Below, piece by piece: positions 29,760 through 39,086 of a stretch of 64,000 bases of DNA (position 1 is its first letter; every line of letters starts with the position of its first letter). The stretch spans positions 12,441 through 76,440 of the forward strand of contig CAYGFZ010000001.1 in NCBI GenBank assembly GCA_964349355.1. Reading direction: 5' to 3'. Made by a program: the position numbers and the translations under genes. The notes beneath the pieces were generated by a model that did not search any database, was not told where the DNA came from, and saw only the letters and a list, made by a program, of their open reading frames with translations. The stretch comes from an uncultured Coriobacteriaceae bacterium (GTDB lineage: Bacteria > Actinomycetota > Coriobacteriia > Anaerosomatales > SLCP01).

Positions 29760-32579
29760 CTAGCGACCGCTGAGGACCTCGGCACATCGTGAGCAGACCT
29801 CGGGAAACGTCACGTCGACCCCGAGCTCGCGGTGGTTCCAACAGCGCGGGCACTTCTCGCCCGAGGCGGTCAAGACTCCTGCACCGTACTCCTCGCCCTC
29901 GAGAAGCACGACCTCGGCGACGATGAACATGTCTGCAAGCCGCTCATTTCCGCGGTCGCGCAACACCGAGATCGCCGAGGCGGGAGCGGTAAGCTCGATA
30001 GCGGCCTCCTGGCTCTTGTTGACGACCTTGGCTTCGCGGGCATCTTCAAGAGCCTTCGTGACCACATCGCGGGCCTCGAGGACGACGGAGTAGGCGGCGC
30101 GCAGATCGGCTGCCTCCTCGGCCGGAACCTCGACCGTCGGCCAACCCGCGAGCTGCACGCTCACGTGGCCCTCGCGAAGCGACTCGGGCATGAACTGCCA
30201 GATCTCCTCGGCGGTGAAGGTGAGAACGGGCGCGACCAGACGCACGAGGGATGTCAGAATGGCCGCAAGCACGGTCTGGGCGCTTCGGCGGGAGAGGGAA
30301 TCGGCGCCGTCAGAGTAGAGGCGGTCCTTGAGGACATCGAGATAGAACGACGAGAGGTCGACCACACAGTAGTCGAACACGGCGCGATACACCTGGTGAA
30401 ACTTCCAGACGTCGTAGGAGTTCGTGACCCGCTCGACGAGTTCGTGGAGCGTGACGAGCGCGTAGCGGTCCAGCTCCGGCATCTTCTCGAACGGCACTTC
30501 CATCGAAGGGTCGTAGTCGGCGGTGTTAGACAACAGGAAGCGAAAGGTGTTGCGCATGCGGCGGTACGCCTCGCCCGTGCGACTGAGGATCTCATCGGAG
30601 ATCGAGACGTCTTGGCTGTAGTCGGCCGCAGCCGCCCACAGACGGATGATGTCAGCCCCCGACCTCTCGATGATGTCGAGAGGTGAGATCACGTTGCCGA
30701 GGGACTTGCTCATCTTGCGACCATCGCCATCCACGATGAACCCGTGCGTGAGCACGCGCTCGTACGGGGGCGCGTCGTAGGCTCCCACGCTAGTGAGCAG
30801 GGCAGACTGGAACCAGCCGCGATGCTGGTCCGAACCCTCAAGGTAAAGTTCAGCCGGACGGTGTAACTCCTCGCGTGCGTCGAGAACGCTCGTGTGCGAC
30901 ACGCCGCTCTCCCACCATACGTCCACGATGTCGTCCTCGGCGATGAGGCTGGAGCTTCCGCAGCTGGTGCACTTCACGCTATCGGGAAGGTACTCGGCGG
31001 GTCTCTTGGTGAACCACGCGTCGGCTCCCTCGGTCTCGAAGAGCCGGATGACCGCGTCGAAACTCTCGGGAGTCGCGACCGTCTCGCCGCACGAGGCGCA
31101 GGAGAAGACGGGTATCGGCACCCCCCAGGCGCGCTGCCGGGAGATGCACCAGTCGGGACGGTCCGTCACCATCGAACGGATGCGATTCACCGACCAACCG
31201 GGAATCCACTCGACCTGCTCGATCGCGGCGATAGCACCTTCGCGAAGCGGGCGCACACCATCCTTTGCGCGATCCATGGCCACGAACCACTGTTCGGTCG
31301 CGCGGAAGATGACCGCCTGCTTGCAGCGCCAGCAGTGCGGGTAGGAGTGTGAGGTCTTGGTAGCCGTCTCAAGTGTGCCTTGCGCGCTCAGCCACTCGAT
31401 GATCTTCGGGTTCGCGTCGGTGACGCGCATTCCCGCGAACGGACCCCCGCCAGCATCGAACACGCCATCATCATCGACCGGCATCCGGGAGGGCAGGTCG
31501 TAACGCTGCCCCATCAGGTAGTCCTCTTCGCCGTGACCCGGGGCGGTGTGCACCACGCCGGTGCCCGTGGACAGCTCAACGTGCTCACCGGTCACAAGCA
31601 CACCCGTCACACCCTCGTGAATCGGGTGAGCGTAGGTCAGATCGAGACTCGCAAGCTCAGCGCCGGTCAGCCGTACCGGTTCACCGTCCGAGCCACGCAC
31701 CAGTTCGGGTGTTTCGCCCCAGCCGGCGACCTCGGCGACATGGCTGACAAGCTCCTCGGCCAGTACGACGACATGCCCATCGCGCACGACGCCGACGTAC
31801 GTAGCGTCTGCCGCTAGTGTGACGGCGACGTTTGCGGGAAGCGTCCAGGGAGTAGTCGTCCAGATGAGGATCGAGACCGGCGTCTCCGCCTCACGACCCG
31901 CATCCGTCGTGAAGGCAGCAGGTGGGCCGGTGAATGCGAAGCGCACGTAGATCGAGTCGCTCGTCACGTCCGCGTACTCGATCTCGGCCTCGGCGAGCGC
32001 GGTCTTACACCGGATGCACCAGTGGATCGGCTTGGAGCCCTTGTAGATCATGCCGCGGTCGTACATCTCGCGGAAGATGCGCACGTTGCCGGCCTCGTAG
32101 GCTGGATCGAGGGTGAGGTAGGGCCGATCGAAGTCTCCCCGTACGCCAAGGCGCTGGAACTCGGTTGCCTGCACGTCGACGAACTTAAGCGCGTACTCGC
32201 GGCAGAGCGCACGCAGCTCCGCCTGGCTCGTAGTCTTCATCTTCTCAGGGCCGAGGTTCTTCTCGACCTGGTGCTCGATCGGCTGACCGTGGCAGTCCCA
32301 ACCGGGAACGTAAGGCGAGTGGAAACCGCGCATCGACTTATACTTGACGATGAGGTCCTTGAAGACCTTGTTGAATGCGGTACCCATGTGGATGTGGCCG
32401 TTGGCGTACGGAGGCCCGTCGTGAAGGAGGAACGGGGGGCCGTCTGCGGTCGACTCGTTGATGAGCCGGTTGATGTCGATCTCCTTCCAAAAGGCCAGCC
32501 ACTCCGGCTCGCGCTTCGCCAGGTTCGCCCGCATGGGGAACTCGGTCGAGGGCAGGTTCATCGTCTGCTTGTAGTCCAC
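29760..32579 (-). CDS. ileS: isoleucine--tRNA ligase
   Basis: 939 aa. MDYKQTMNLPSTEFPMRANL, HMGTAFNK (HIGH-type), KMSKS, and a C-terminal zinc knuckle (CPRCWNH...CSRC). GTG start. Confidence 0.97.
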   Translation of the reverse strand: MDYKQTMNLPSTEFPMRANLAKREPEWLAFWKEIDINRLINESTADGPPFLLHDGPPYANGHIHMGTAFNKVFKDLIVKYKSMRGFHSPYVPGWDCHGQPIEHQVEKNLGPEKMKTTSQAELRALCREYALKFVDVQATEFQRLGVRGDFDRPYLTLDPAYEAGNVRIFREMYDRGMIYKGSKPIHWCIRCKTALAEAEIEYADVTSDSIYVRFAFTGPPAAFTTDAGREAETPVSILIWTTTPWTLPANVAVTLAADATYVGVVRDGHVVVLAEELVSHVAEVAGWGETPELVRGSDGEPVRLTGAELASLDLTYAHPIHEGVTGVLVTGEHVELSTGTGVVHTAPGHGEEDYLMGQRYDLPSRMPVDDDGVFDAGGGPFAGMRVTDANPKIIEWLSAQGTLETATKTSHSYPHCWRCKQAVIFRATEQWFVAMDRAKDGVRPLREGAIAAIEQVEWIPGWSVNRIRSMVTDRPDWCISRQRAWGVPIPVFSCASCGETVATPESFDAVIRLFETEGADAWFTKRPAEYLPDSVKCTSCGSSSLIAEDDIVDVWWESGVSHTSVLDAREELHRPAELYLEGSDQHRGWFQSALLTSVGAYDAPPYERVLTHGFIVDGDGRKMSKSLGNVISPLDIIERSGADIIRLWAAAADYSQDVSISDEILSRTGEAYRRMRNTFRFLLSNTADYDPSMEVPFEKMPELDRYALVTLHELVERVTNSYDVWKFHQVYRAVFDYCVVDLSSFYLDVLKDRLYSDGADSLSRRSAQTVLAAILTSLVRLVAPVLTFTAEEIWQFMPESLREGHVSVQLAGWPTVEVPAEEAADLRAAYSVVLEARDVVTKALEDAREAKVVNKSQEAAIELTAPASAISVLRDRGNERLADMFIVAEVVLLEGEEYGAGVLTASGEKCPRCWNHRELGVDVTFPEVCSRCAEVLSGR

Positions 32580-32610
32580 CGTGGCCGTCCTCTCAGGTCA
32601 CTTGCCGCAC

Positions 32611-32652
32611 AAAAAAGCGCGCTCGTCCTCATCTGCCTGGGACGAAGCGCGC
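32611..32652 (-). terminator. T-box terminator hairpin
   Basis: GCGCGCUUCGUCC-loop-GGACGAGCGCGC (one bulged A) followed by UUUUUU (plus-strand A6 at 32611-32616), about 30 nt before the ileS GTG. Confidence 0.75.
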
Positions 32653-32911
32653 ATGTGTACGTCTCCGCGGTACCACCCGGCTTGCGCGAGCGCGGATGCG
32701 CCGCACGCCACTCGGTCCGCCCTGTAACGGGGGCTACCGTCGGAATCTACTGGGCGAGAGATTCGCGCGCTGCCTGTCTCGCCAGCGCCTCCCGGCGTTC
32801 GGTCCGAAGCTCGAGGGTGATCTTCGCATCCGGTCGGTCCCCGCGGGCTTACACTGTCCCCGCTCGCTTTTCCGAGGGCCTCTTTTCCGGGCTACTCGTC
32901 CCCGTCATCGC
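32611..32911 (-). promoter_or_regulatory. T-box leader (tRNA-Ile-sensing riboswitch) of ileS
   Basis: Minus-strand RNA starts GCGAUGACGGGGACGAGUAGCC (GA/K-turn-type Stem I base). GAAG-AUC-A (AUC at 32821..32819) is the candidate Ile specifier. The conserved T-box AAGCCGGGUGGUACCGCGG is seen on the plus strand as ccgcggtaccacccgg at 32665-32680. A terminator hairpin follows. Confidence 0.85.
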
Positions 32912-32951
32912 CTGCATCCCTATATGTGCGACCACCTGTCGCGTGGGTGCG

Positions 32952-32981
32952 ATGGTAGCGCGCCGTGCGGTCACCGGTCAA
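32952..32981 (-). promoter_or_regulatory. candidate ileS leader promoter (TTGACC-18-TACCAT)
   Basis: Minus strand reads gcgTTGACCggtgaccgcacggcgcgcTACCATcg. The -35 sits in the last codons of the DUF167 gene, about 40 nt upstream of the T-box 5' motif. Confidence 0.3.
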
Positions 32982-33255
32982 CGCTCCGCGGGTCGCCGAA
33001 GGCGGCGCGGACCTCCTCGGCGGTCACGTTCTCGATCTCGAGCTGCTTGTGGCGTGAGGAGTGACCGCGCAGGACCGTGACCGCGCTCTTCGGTACGCCG
33101 AGGGACTTCGCCACTACGCGACAGACCGCAGCATTGGCCTTGCCGCCGTCGGGAGCGGCAGTGACCCGGACTGCAAGCTCGTCTCCGCGACAGCCTACGA
33201 CCTCATCACTCGCGGCGCGCGGGGTAACGTGAACCGCTATACCCACGCACGCCAT
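32971..33255 (-). CDS. DUF167 (YggU-family) protein
   Basis: 94 aa; V.V.P.A..D.V.G......L.V.V.A.P..GKAN motif pattern of YggU. Typical position after divIVA. Confidence 0.8.
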   Translation of the reverse strand: MACVGIAVHVTPRAASDEVVGCRGDELAVRVTAAPDGGKANAAVCRVVAKSLGVPKSAVTVLRGHSSRHKQLEIENVTAEEVRAAFGDPRSVDR

Positions 33256-33261
33256 TGCGGC

Positions 33262-34101
33262 CTAGTCGATCTCCTCGATATCGATGTCGTCTTCGCGCTC
33301 ACCTAGCGAGTCGAAGCCGGGCATCGAGAACTCGCGCGGAGCCTGCATCTCCACATCATCAGGAAGGTCTGCGGGCGATTCCAACTCGCCGAGGTTGACC
33401 CCGGTGACGAAGCCGGACTCGGGCACCTCGACGACGGGCATGGCCCGGGTAGCGCTGGGGTCGTCAGCGGGTGCGGGCGCGGGTGCTGCCGGCCGCGCAG
33501 TAGCCGGAGCCGCTGGTTCGGGCGCTAGTGCCGATGCGCTTGCAGCGACAGCGGCGCCAGCTTCCTCGAGTGCCGCCATCGCAGATTCCGCAGCGACTTC
33601 GACCTCGGCGACCATCCCGCTGTCGGTCTTGCCTACCAATACGCTGATATCATCGGGCAGCCCGACCTCGCGCACGCTTTCCAGGTGCCTCTCCAACGCG
33701 CTGACAAACTCGGAGCGAAACTCCTCCTCGGCCTGCTTGATGCGAACGAGCTCGCCCGCGACCGTCTGCTTCTGCCGGAGCGCACCGTGGATAAGTTCCT
33801 TGGCCTTGACCTCGGCATCACGAAGCAGCGTTGCCGCCTCCTCGCGCGCGCGCATCACGATATCCTCGGCGGAGCGCTGCGCGGCGAGCATCGTGTTGTG
33901 GAGGGTCTTCTCCATCTCCTGATAGGAGCGGACCTTGTCACTTGCGCCATCGAGACGCTCGGACAGGTCGATGTTCTCCTTGAAGAGCCGTTCGAACTCG
34001 TCAGCCACGTCATCGAGAAAGGTATCGACCTCTTTCTCGTCGTATCCGCGCAACGAGTGGCGGAACTCCTTGTGGTGGATGTCCATCGGAGTGAGCTTCA
34101 T
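33262..34101 (-). CDS. divIVA: cell-division/polar growth protein DivIVA
   Basis: MKLTPMDIHHKEFRHSLRGYDEKEVDTFLDDVADEFERL is the canonical DivIVA N-terminus. Coiled coil, then an Ala/Pro-rich tail. Confidence 0.9.
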   Translation of the reverse strand: MKLTPMDIHHKEFRHSLRGYDEKEVDTFLDDVADEFERLFKENIDLSERLDGASDKVRSYQEMEKTLHNTMLAAQRSAEDIVMRAREEAATLLRDAEVKAKELIHGALRQKQTVAGELVRIKQAEEEFRSEFVSALERHLESVREVGLPDDISVLVGKTDSGMVAEVEVAAESAMAALEEAGAAVAASASALAPEPAAPATARPAAPAPAPADDPSATRAMPVVEVPESGFVTGVNLGELESPADLPDDVEMQAPREFSMPGFDSLGEREDDIDIEEID

Positions 34102-34116
34102 CGTGTCGATCCTCCC

Positions 34117-34401
34117 CTACAGACCTGCAGAACGCAGCAGCGTGATGATGGCGGGTTGAAGCAGATAGCGTAGCACGAGCAGCGCTACGAGCGGCGAGAA
34201 ATCGACCGCTCCGGCACTCGGTACGATGCGGCGAAAAATGCCGATGTACGGCTCACAGATGCTCGCAATGACACGGTAGACGTCAGCCAGGACACCGTCA
34301 CGGCTGATCGGGAACCACGAGAAGATCACGTATACAAAGATGAGAAGCCCGTAGAAACTCAGGATACGATCGGCTATAAGCCACAGAGAGAAACCTGTCA
34401 C
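34117..34401 (-). CDS. YggT-family membrane protein
   Basis: 94 aa, two TM helices, SWFP...Y....I.EP motif. sepF-yggT-divIVA synteny. Confidence 0.85.
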   Translation of the reverse strand: MTGFSLWLIADRILSFYGLLIFVYVIFSWFPISRDGVLADVYRVIASICEPYIGIFRRIVPSAGAVDFSPLVALLVLRYLLQPAIITLLRSAGL

Positions 34402-35231
34402 GAACCCAACTCCTTTGCGCGCTCAACAGCAGCGGTGACGGCCGCGTTGATCGCGGCCCGCACACCGAACGCCTCAAGCATCTCGATTGCGGCGATGGTG
34501 GTGCCACCCGGACTTGCGACCCCGTCGATGATCTGCTCGGGATGCTGGCCGGTCCGCTCTACGAGCACGGCTGTCCCGAAGACGGTCTGCACAGCGAGTT
34601 CCTCGGCGATATGGCGCGGCAGGCCATGCATGATGCCCGAGCGAGCAAGCGCGTCGATGACGAGCGCGATGTACGCCGGACCGGAGCCCGATATCGCCGT
34701 GGCTGCATCCTGATGATGTTCATCGAGAACGAGAGCGCGCCCGAGCACCGAGAAGAGCTCACGAACGAGATCTACCTGCTCATGGGTGGCCTCGCTGCCT
34801 CCGCTTATCACGCTCATGCCCTCACGCACGAGAGCAGGCGTGTTGGGCATCACCCGGACGACCGCGGTCCCCGCGGGAAGTCCCGACTCCAGTCTGGCCG
34901 AGGAGATTCCGGCGGCAATGGACACCACGAGCTTGCCGTGGACCGAGTCATGGATCTCGGCAAGTACCTCGTCTATCACCTGAGGCTTGATCGCCAGCAG
35001 CACGATGTCAGCCTCAGCCGCAGCCTCAGGCGCGGTCTCGACGCACCGGACGCCGTGCGCGAACGTCAACGCCTGACGGCGTTCGGGAATCGGTTCTGCG
35101 ATGACGATCGCCGAGGCGTCGAAGACGCCCGACGCGGCGAGACCTGCAGCGATGGCTTCGCCCATCCTGCCGCCGCCGACGATCGCGAGCGTACCCTCTA
35201 CGTGAACGTGTCCTGGATTCATCCGCATCAT
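34398..35231 (-). CDS. proC: pyrroline-5-carboxylate reductase
   Basis: Rossmann motif IVGGGRMGEAIAAGL and C-terminal SPGGTT motif. Overlaps the sepF stop. Confidence 0.9.
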   Translation of the reverse strand: MMRMNPGHVHVEGTLAIVGGGRMGEAIAAGLAASGVFDASAIVIAEPIPERRQALTFAHGVRCVETAPEAAAEADIVLLAIKPQVIDEVLAEIHDSVHGKLVVSIAAGISSARLESGLPAGTAVVRVMPNTPALVREGMSVISGGSEATHEQVDLVRELFSVLGRALVLDEHHQDAATAISGSGPAYIALVIDALARSGIMHGLPRHIAEELAVQTVFGTAVLVERTGQHPEQIIDGVASPGGTTIAAIEMLEAFGVRAAINAAVTAAVERAKELGS

Positions 35232-35782
35232 CCTAGATCGAACAAGCCTTTGTCGCGGAGTTTGCGCCGGTCCTCGGCGGAAACGTCGACATTGGCCGGA
35301 GTGAGCATGAACACCTTGTCGGAGACCTTCTGGAGGCCACCTCCAAGGCCGTACGTCAATCCGCTTGCGAAGTCTATCAGCCTTTTGGCTACGTCGGGCT
35401 GGGTCATCGTGAGGTTCATGATGACCGGCGTGCCCGACTTGAAGTGATCCGCGATGGACTGGACCTCCGAGAAACTCTTTGGCTCGGTGATGTGCATCTT
35501 GACGTGCGGCGTCATCGACGCGACCTGCCCGCCCGTCGGCACCGACCGCAGCGGCGCGGCTTCACGTGCCCGCTCTAGGTCCGGCTGACGCTCGAGGCGC
35601 CTGACCGATGTTCGCTGGTACGACGGATCGTGCGAGGCGGCAGTCCGCCCGTAGTAGCCGTCGGTACTCCTCGGCTCGGCAGGTTCGCCATCATCCTCGT
35701 CGTCGTAGTACTCGTCATCGTACTCATCGTCCCAGTCATCAGCCAGGCCGAGGCGTACCTTGATGTTGTGGAACAGGCCCAC
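35228..35782 (-). CDS. sepF: cell division protein SepF
   Basis: Acidic linker, then the conserved C-terminal domain (ITEPKSFSEVQSIADHFKSGTPVIMNL...RLIDFASGL). Confidence 0.9.
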   Translation of the reverse strand: MGLFHNIKVRLGLADDWDDEYDDEYYDDEDDGEPAEPRSTDGYYGRTAASHDPSYQRTSVRRLERQPDLERAREAAPLRSVPTGGQVASMTPHVKMHITEPKSFSEVQSIADHFKSGTPVIMNLTMTQPDVAKRLIDFASGLTYGLGGGLQKVSDKVFMLTPANVDVSAEDRRKLRDKGLFDLG

Positions 35783-35802
35783 GGGAGCCTCCTTGTTGAC
35801 AC

Positions 35803-36480
35803 CTACCTACCGAACAACACCCTCCCGACACGCACGATCGTAGCGCCTTCCTCGATAGCAACACGGAAGTCGCCTGACATGCCCATCGAAAGTTCATCTA
35901 ACTCTACCCCATTGAGGGGCATCGCGCGTAGAGAGTCGCGCAGTTCTCTCAGCTCACGGAAGACCCAGCGCACGTCTTCTGCCCGGGCGAACGGAGCCAT
36001 CGTCATCAAGCCGCGGACCTCTATGGATGCGAGGTGCGAGGCCTCAACAAGCGCCTCGCGCACATCCGCGGGGGCGAACCCGTGCTTGCGCTCCTCGGCG
36101 GCTACATTTACCTGCAGGAGCACCGGCTGGATGACGCCCGCCTCGGTCGCACGGTGATCGATCGTGGAGAGCAGTTTGAGCGAGTCTACCGAGTGGATCA
36201 GGTGTGCCCTGCCGACGACATCTTTGACCTTGTTGCTCTGCAACGTGCCGATGAAGTGCCACCGCACATCGGGAAAGAGTCCCTTCTTGCCGAGGAACTC
36301 CTGCACGCGATTCTCACCGAAATCCACCACGCCTGCGGCGATCGCTGCACGTATCTCCGGGACACCGACGGTCTTGCTGACCGCGACGATGGTGATCTCC
36401 TCGGCGGAACGACCGCACGCGTCCGCAGCGTCCGCAACCTGTCGTCGGACCGCCTCGTATCGCAGTGCGATGCTCGGCAT
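35803..36480 (-). CDS. yggS: YggS-family pyridoxal-phosphate homeostasis protein
   Basis: IVAVSKT (PLP lysine), HFIGTLQSNK, LSMGMSGDF motifs. Confidence 0.9.
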   Translation of the reverse strand: MPSIALRYEAVRRQVADAADACGRSAEEITIVAVSKTVGVPEIRAAIAAGVVDFGENRVQEFLGKKGLFPDVRWHFIGTLQSNKVKDVVGRAHLIHSVDSLKLLSTIDHRATEAGVIQPVLLQVNVAAEERKHGFAPADVREALVEASHLASIEVRGLMTMAPFARAEDVRWVFRELRELRDSLRAMPLNGVELDELSMGMSGDFRVAIEEGATIVRVGRVLFGR

Positions 36481-36485
36481 ACGGG

Positions 36486-37154
36486 CTAGCGAGCCTCCTC
36501 GTTGGCGTCGGAGAGTGCTTCGAACTCACCGGTCACAAGGTATGCGATGCGCTCGCCGATGTCGACCGCGTTGTCCGCGATCCTCTCGAGGTACCGGCTT
36601 GCGAGCACCATCGAAGAAGCCCACTCGATATCCTCCTCGTCCTGAAGGCGTGCGAGTTCGCGGAAGAACTGCTTGTAGAGATGGTCGATCGGCTCATCGA
36701 GGTCCTGGAGCTTGCGTGCAAGTTCGAGGTCGTTCTTCTCGAGCGCCTCACAGGTCGCGTCCAGTACCCGGTAGACAAGGTTGCCCTGGGCCTGGATGAG
36801 GTCGTAGAGCGTCTGCGGACCACGCCTGTCGGCCGTACGCTTGGCTGCCCGAGCGATGTTCACGCCGAGATCGGCCATACGCTCAAGGTGCAGAGCGATG
36901 TAGGTGAGCGAGTGGAGCAGCCTAAGGTCGCGTGCGACCGGGAACTGAGTGGCTATCACCTCAAGGGAGTGCTCCTCGACGGCGAGCGTACGACGGTCGA
37001 TCTCATCGTCGCCCGCGATGACCTTCTGGGCGAGGTCGAGGTCGCCGTTGACCAGGGAGTTCACGGCATCGCGAGTCACGTCCGTGACGGTGTGGCCGAT
37101 CGAGAGTACCTCGGCCTTGAGATCTTTGAGTTCCTGCCTGAATCCTTCGCGCAT
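36486..37154 (-). CDS. phoU: phosphate signalling complex protein PhoU
   Basis: Two PhoU repeats (FPVARDLR..., ASRYLERIADNAVDIGE). ATG at 37154 with an AGAGGAG SD. Confidence 0.9.
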   Translation of the reverse strand: MREGFRQELKDLKAEVLSIGHTVTDVTRDAVNSLVNGDLDLAQKVIAGDDEIDRRTLAVEEHSLEVIATQFPVARDLRLLHSLTYIALHLERMADLGVNIARAAKRTADRRGPQTLYDLIQAQGNLVYRVLDATCEALEKNDLELARKLQDLDEPIDHLYKQFFRELARLQDEEDIEWASSMVLASRYLERIADNAVDIGERIAYLVTGEFEALSDANEEAR

Positions 37155-37246
37155 CGGTGCGCTCAACTCCTCTTGTGGTACGCAAGCCGGTATGGGTGCT
37201 TTCAGTATACCGCGCGCCACCTGCCGAACCCGCAGTTCACGAAGGT

Positions 37247-37548
37247 TTAACCGAAGCGCCCGGTGATGTAGTCTTCCGTGCGCCTGTCCTTCGGCGAGGT
37301 GAACAGGTTCGATGTACGGTCGTATTCGACCAGGATGGCGGGCTCTCCAGCCTCTTCTTGCAGGAAGAACGCGGTGAAGTCGCTCACTCGTGCGGCCTGC
37401 TGCATGTTGTGGGTCACGATGACGATCGTGATGCGGTCCTTCAACTCCGCCATGAGGTCCTCGATCTTCTGGACCGAGGTCGGATCGATGGCCGAGTACG
37501 GCTCGTCCAGGGTGAAGAAGTGCCGTACCCTCTGGAGCGGATAGTCAC
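37247..37548 (-). pseudogene. pstB: pstB 3' fragment (Walker B to C-terminus only)
   Basis: The frame reads ..[49 protein letters not shown]...[10 protein letters not shown]. It is closed upstream by TAA at 37549-37551. No Walker A, Q-loop or signature motif is present. Confidence 0.75.
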
Positions 37549-38111
37549 ATTACGATCGAGTGGAACGCCTCGCGCGTACCGGAAGCCTCATCGCGGTTGA
37601 CAAGACCGATCTCCTTGTCATAGCCGCCAAGTTCCGACCAGTTCTCGATCTCGCCGGAGAAGATCGCCCGAACCTGCTCGGTCGTGAGTGAGTCGACAGG
37701 GTTATCCCGATGGACGATGACCGTGATCGCATCGAACGCGATCGGGGTGTCGTAGAGGTCGAGCTTGGCCTCGGACGGCTTCAGGTCTCGTGACGAGGTC
37801 CCGACATCAGACGACCCATGAGCAACGGTCTCGATCCCTGCAGAGGACCCCAGGCCGGACACCAGCACCCTCTTGTCCGGGAAGCGCTCATGGAACATCT
37901 CGCCAGCGATCTCTGCGATAGGAAGCATGGTCGTCGAACCGGTGACGATCAACTCCGTCGCCGAGGGGGTCCGATCGCCGCACCCCGAGAGGGCCACGGC
38001 GATCAGCACAACGAGACACGCCGACACGAGACCACGAAGTACCGCGGGTATGCGCATGGATGCGGGAAGAATCGCTTGAATTGTATGCGGCCGCAAGAGC
38101 CGGTTCGCCAT
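37545..38111 (-). pseudogene. pstS: truncated pstS-like phosphate-binding lipoprotein (N-terminal about two thirds)
   Basis: Lipobox VALSGCG, then GSTTMLP, GLGSSAGIE, GTSSRDLK, IAFDAITVIVHRDNP, SGTREAF as in the PBP_like_2/PstS family. The ORF ends after 188 aa, directly at the pstB fragment. Confidence 0.65.
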
Positions 38112-38990
38112 CTACTCGCCCTCTGTGATCACAGCGAGCGCACCGTGCCTGCCAGTCATCGATTCGGCACGATACGAAAAGAACCTGTCAGTGAGGTCGT
38201 GAGTGCACGCTCCTACTGACGTGGTCCGCCCGGCCGACACGCCACTGCGCGCCAAGCTCTCACGAACGACGGCAGCAAGATCGAGACGCCCGTCGACCGC
38301 GCCGATGGTATCAAATATGTTGCAGAAGTGCGAAAGCAATCTTTCATCTAATTCGTAGCAGCAGCGTGCGATATGTGGACCGATATAGGCGTTGATGTCC
38401 GAAGGGGCACAACCCGCATGCGCGGCCAGTGCCGAAGCGGCGGTTCCCGGGAGGGAGACGAGTGCGCCGCGCCACCCTGCATGCACGACCGCGACAGCGG
38501 GTCGCGGGCGGGTGGCCACCAGGACGACGGGTACGCAGTCCGCGAAGAACATCATCAGCGGCAGGTCACGCGCCGATGTCACAAGCGCATCGGTGGCGGG
38601 CACAGGAGGCCGGCTCCCGTGTGCGGGCTCCGCGAACGTTCCCGAGCCTGCCTCTCGATCACCCACGACTTCGATCCGCTCGCCGTGTACCTGCTCGGCA
38701 GTCACGAGCCGCTCTCTAAGACCGGCGATACCCAGTGCACCGAAGAGTCTCGTGCGGTTTGTGTCGACTGCAACTGCGGCGTCGCCCACGTGCGCCGCAA
38801 GGTTGAGTGACTCATACGGTGATACGCTCACGCCTCCGGAGCGCTCGGTAAATACGACGAGGATGCCACGTTCCCGAAGAACCGGATCAAGATGGATGAC
38901 CACCTCATCGTACTCAACCCTTCGGAGCGACGGATTGACTGCGATGTCACTGCGTGACGACACGGAGGGCTCCAAGCAGACGGGAAACAT
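38112..38990 (-). CDS. pgeF: peptidoglycan editing factor PgeF / YfiH (DUF152 laccase-domain) protein
   Basis: FTERSGGVS.SPYESLNLAAHVGD, DALVT, ADCVPV, HAGWRG motifs. Start uncertain (38963-39029). Confidence 0.8.
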   Translation of the reverse strand: MFPVCLEPSVSSRSDIAVNPSLRRVEYDEVVIHLDPVLRERGILVVFTERSGGVSVSPYESLNLAAHVGDAAVAVDTNRTRLFGALGIAGLRERLVTAEQVHGERIEVVGDREAGSGTFAEPAHGSRPPVPATDALVTSARDLPLMMFFADCVPVVLVATRPRPAVAVVHAGWRGALVSLPGTAASALAAHAGCAPSDINAYIGPHIARCCYELDERLLSHFCNIFDTIGAVDGRLDLAAVVRESLARSGVSAGRTTSVGACTHDLTDRFFSYRAESMTGRHGALAVITEGE

Positions 38991-39086
38991 TGCGGAAGGA
39001 ATTGGCAGGCGGGGGCGTTTGGGGCACACTTATTGTAGCCGAGGTGAGTACGACCTTGGCGGGACTGCTCAGGGGGAGGTGACACT

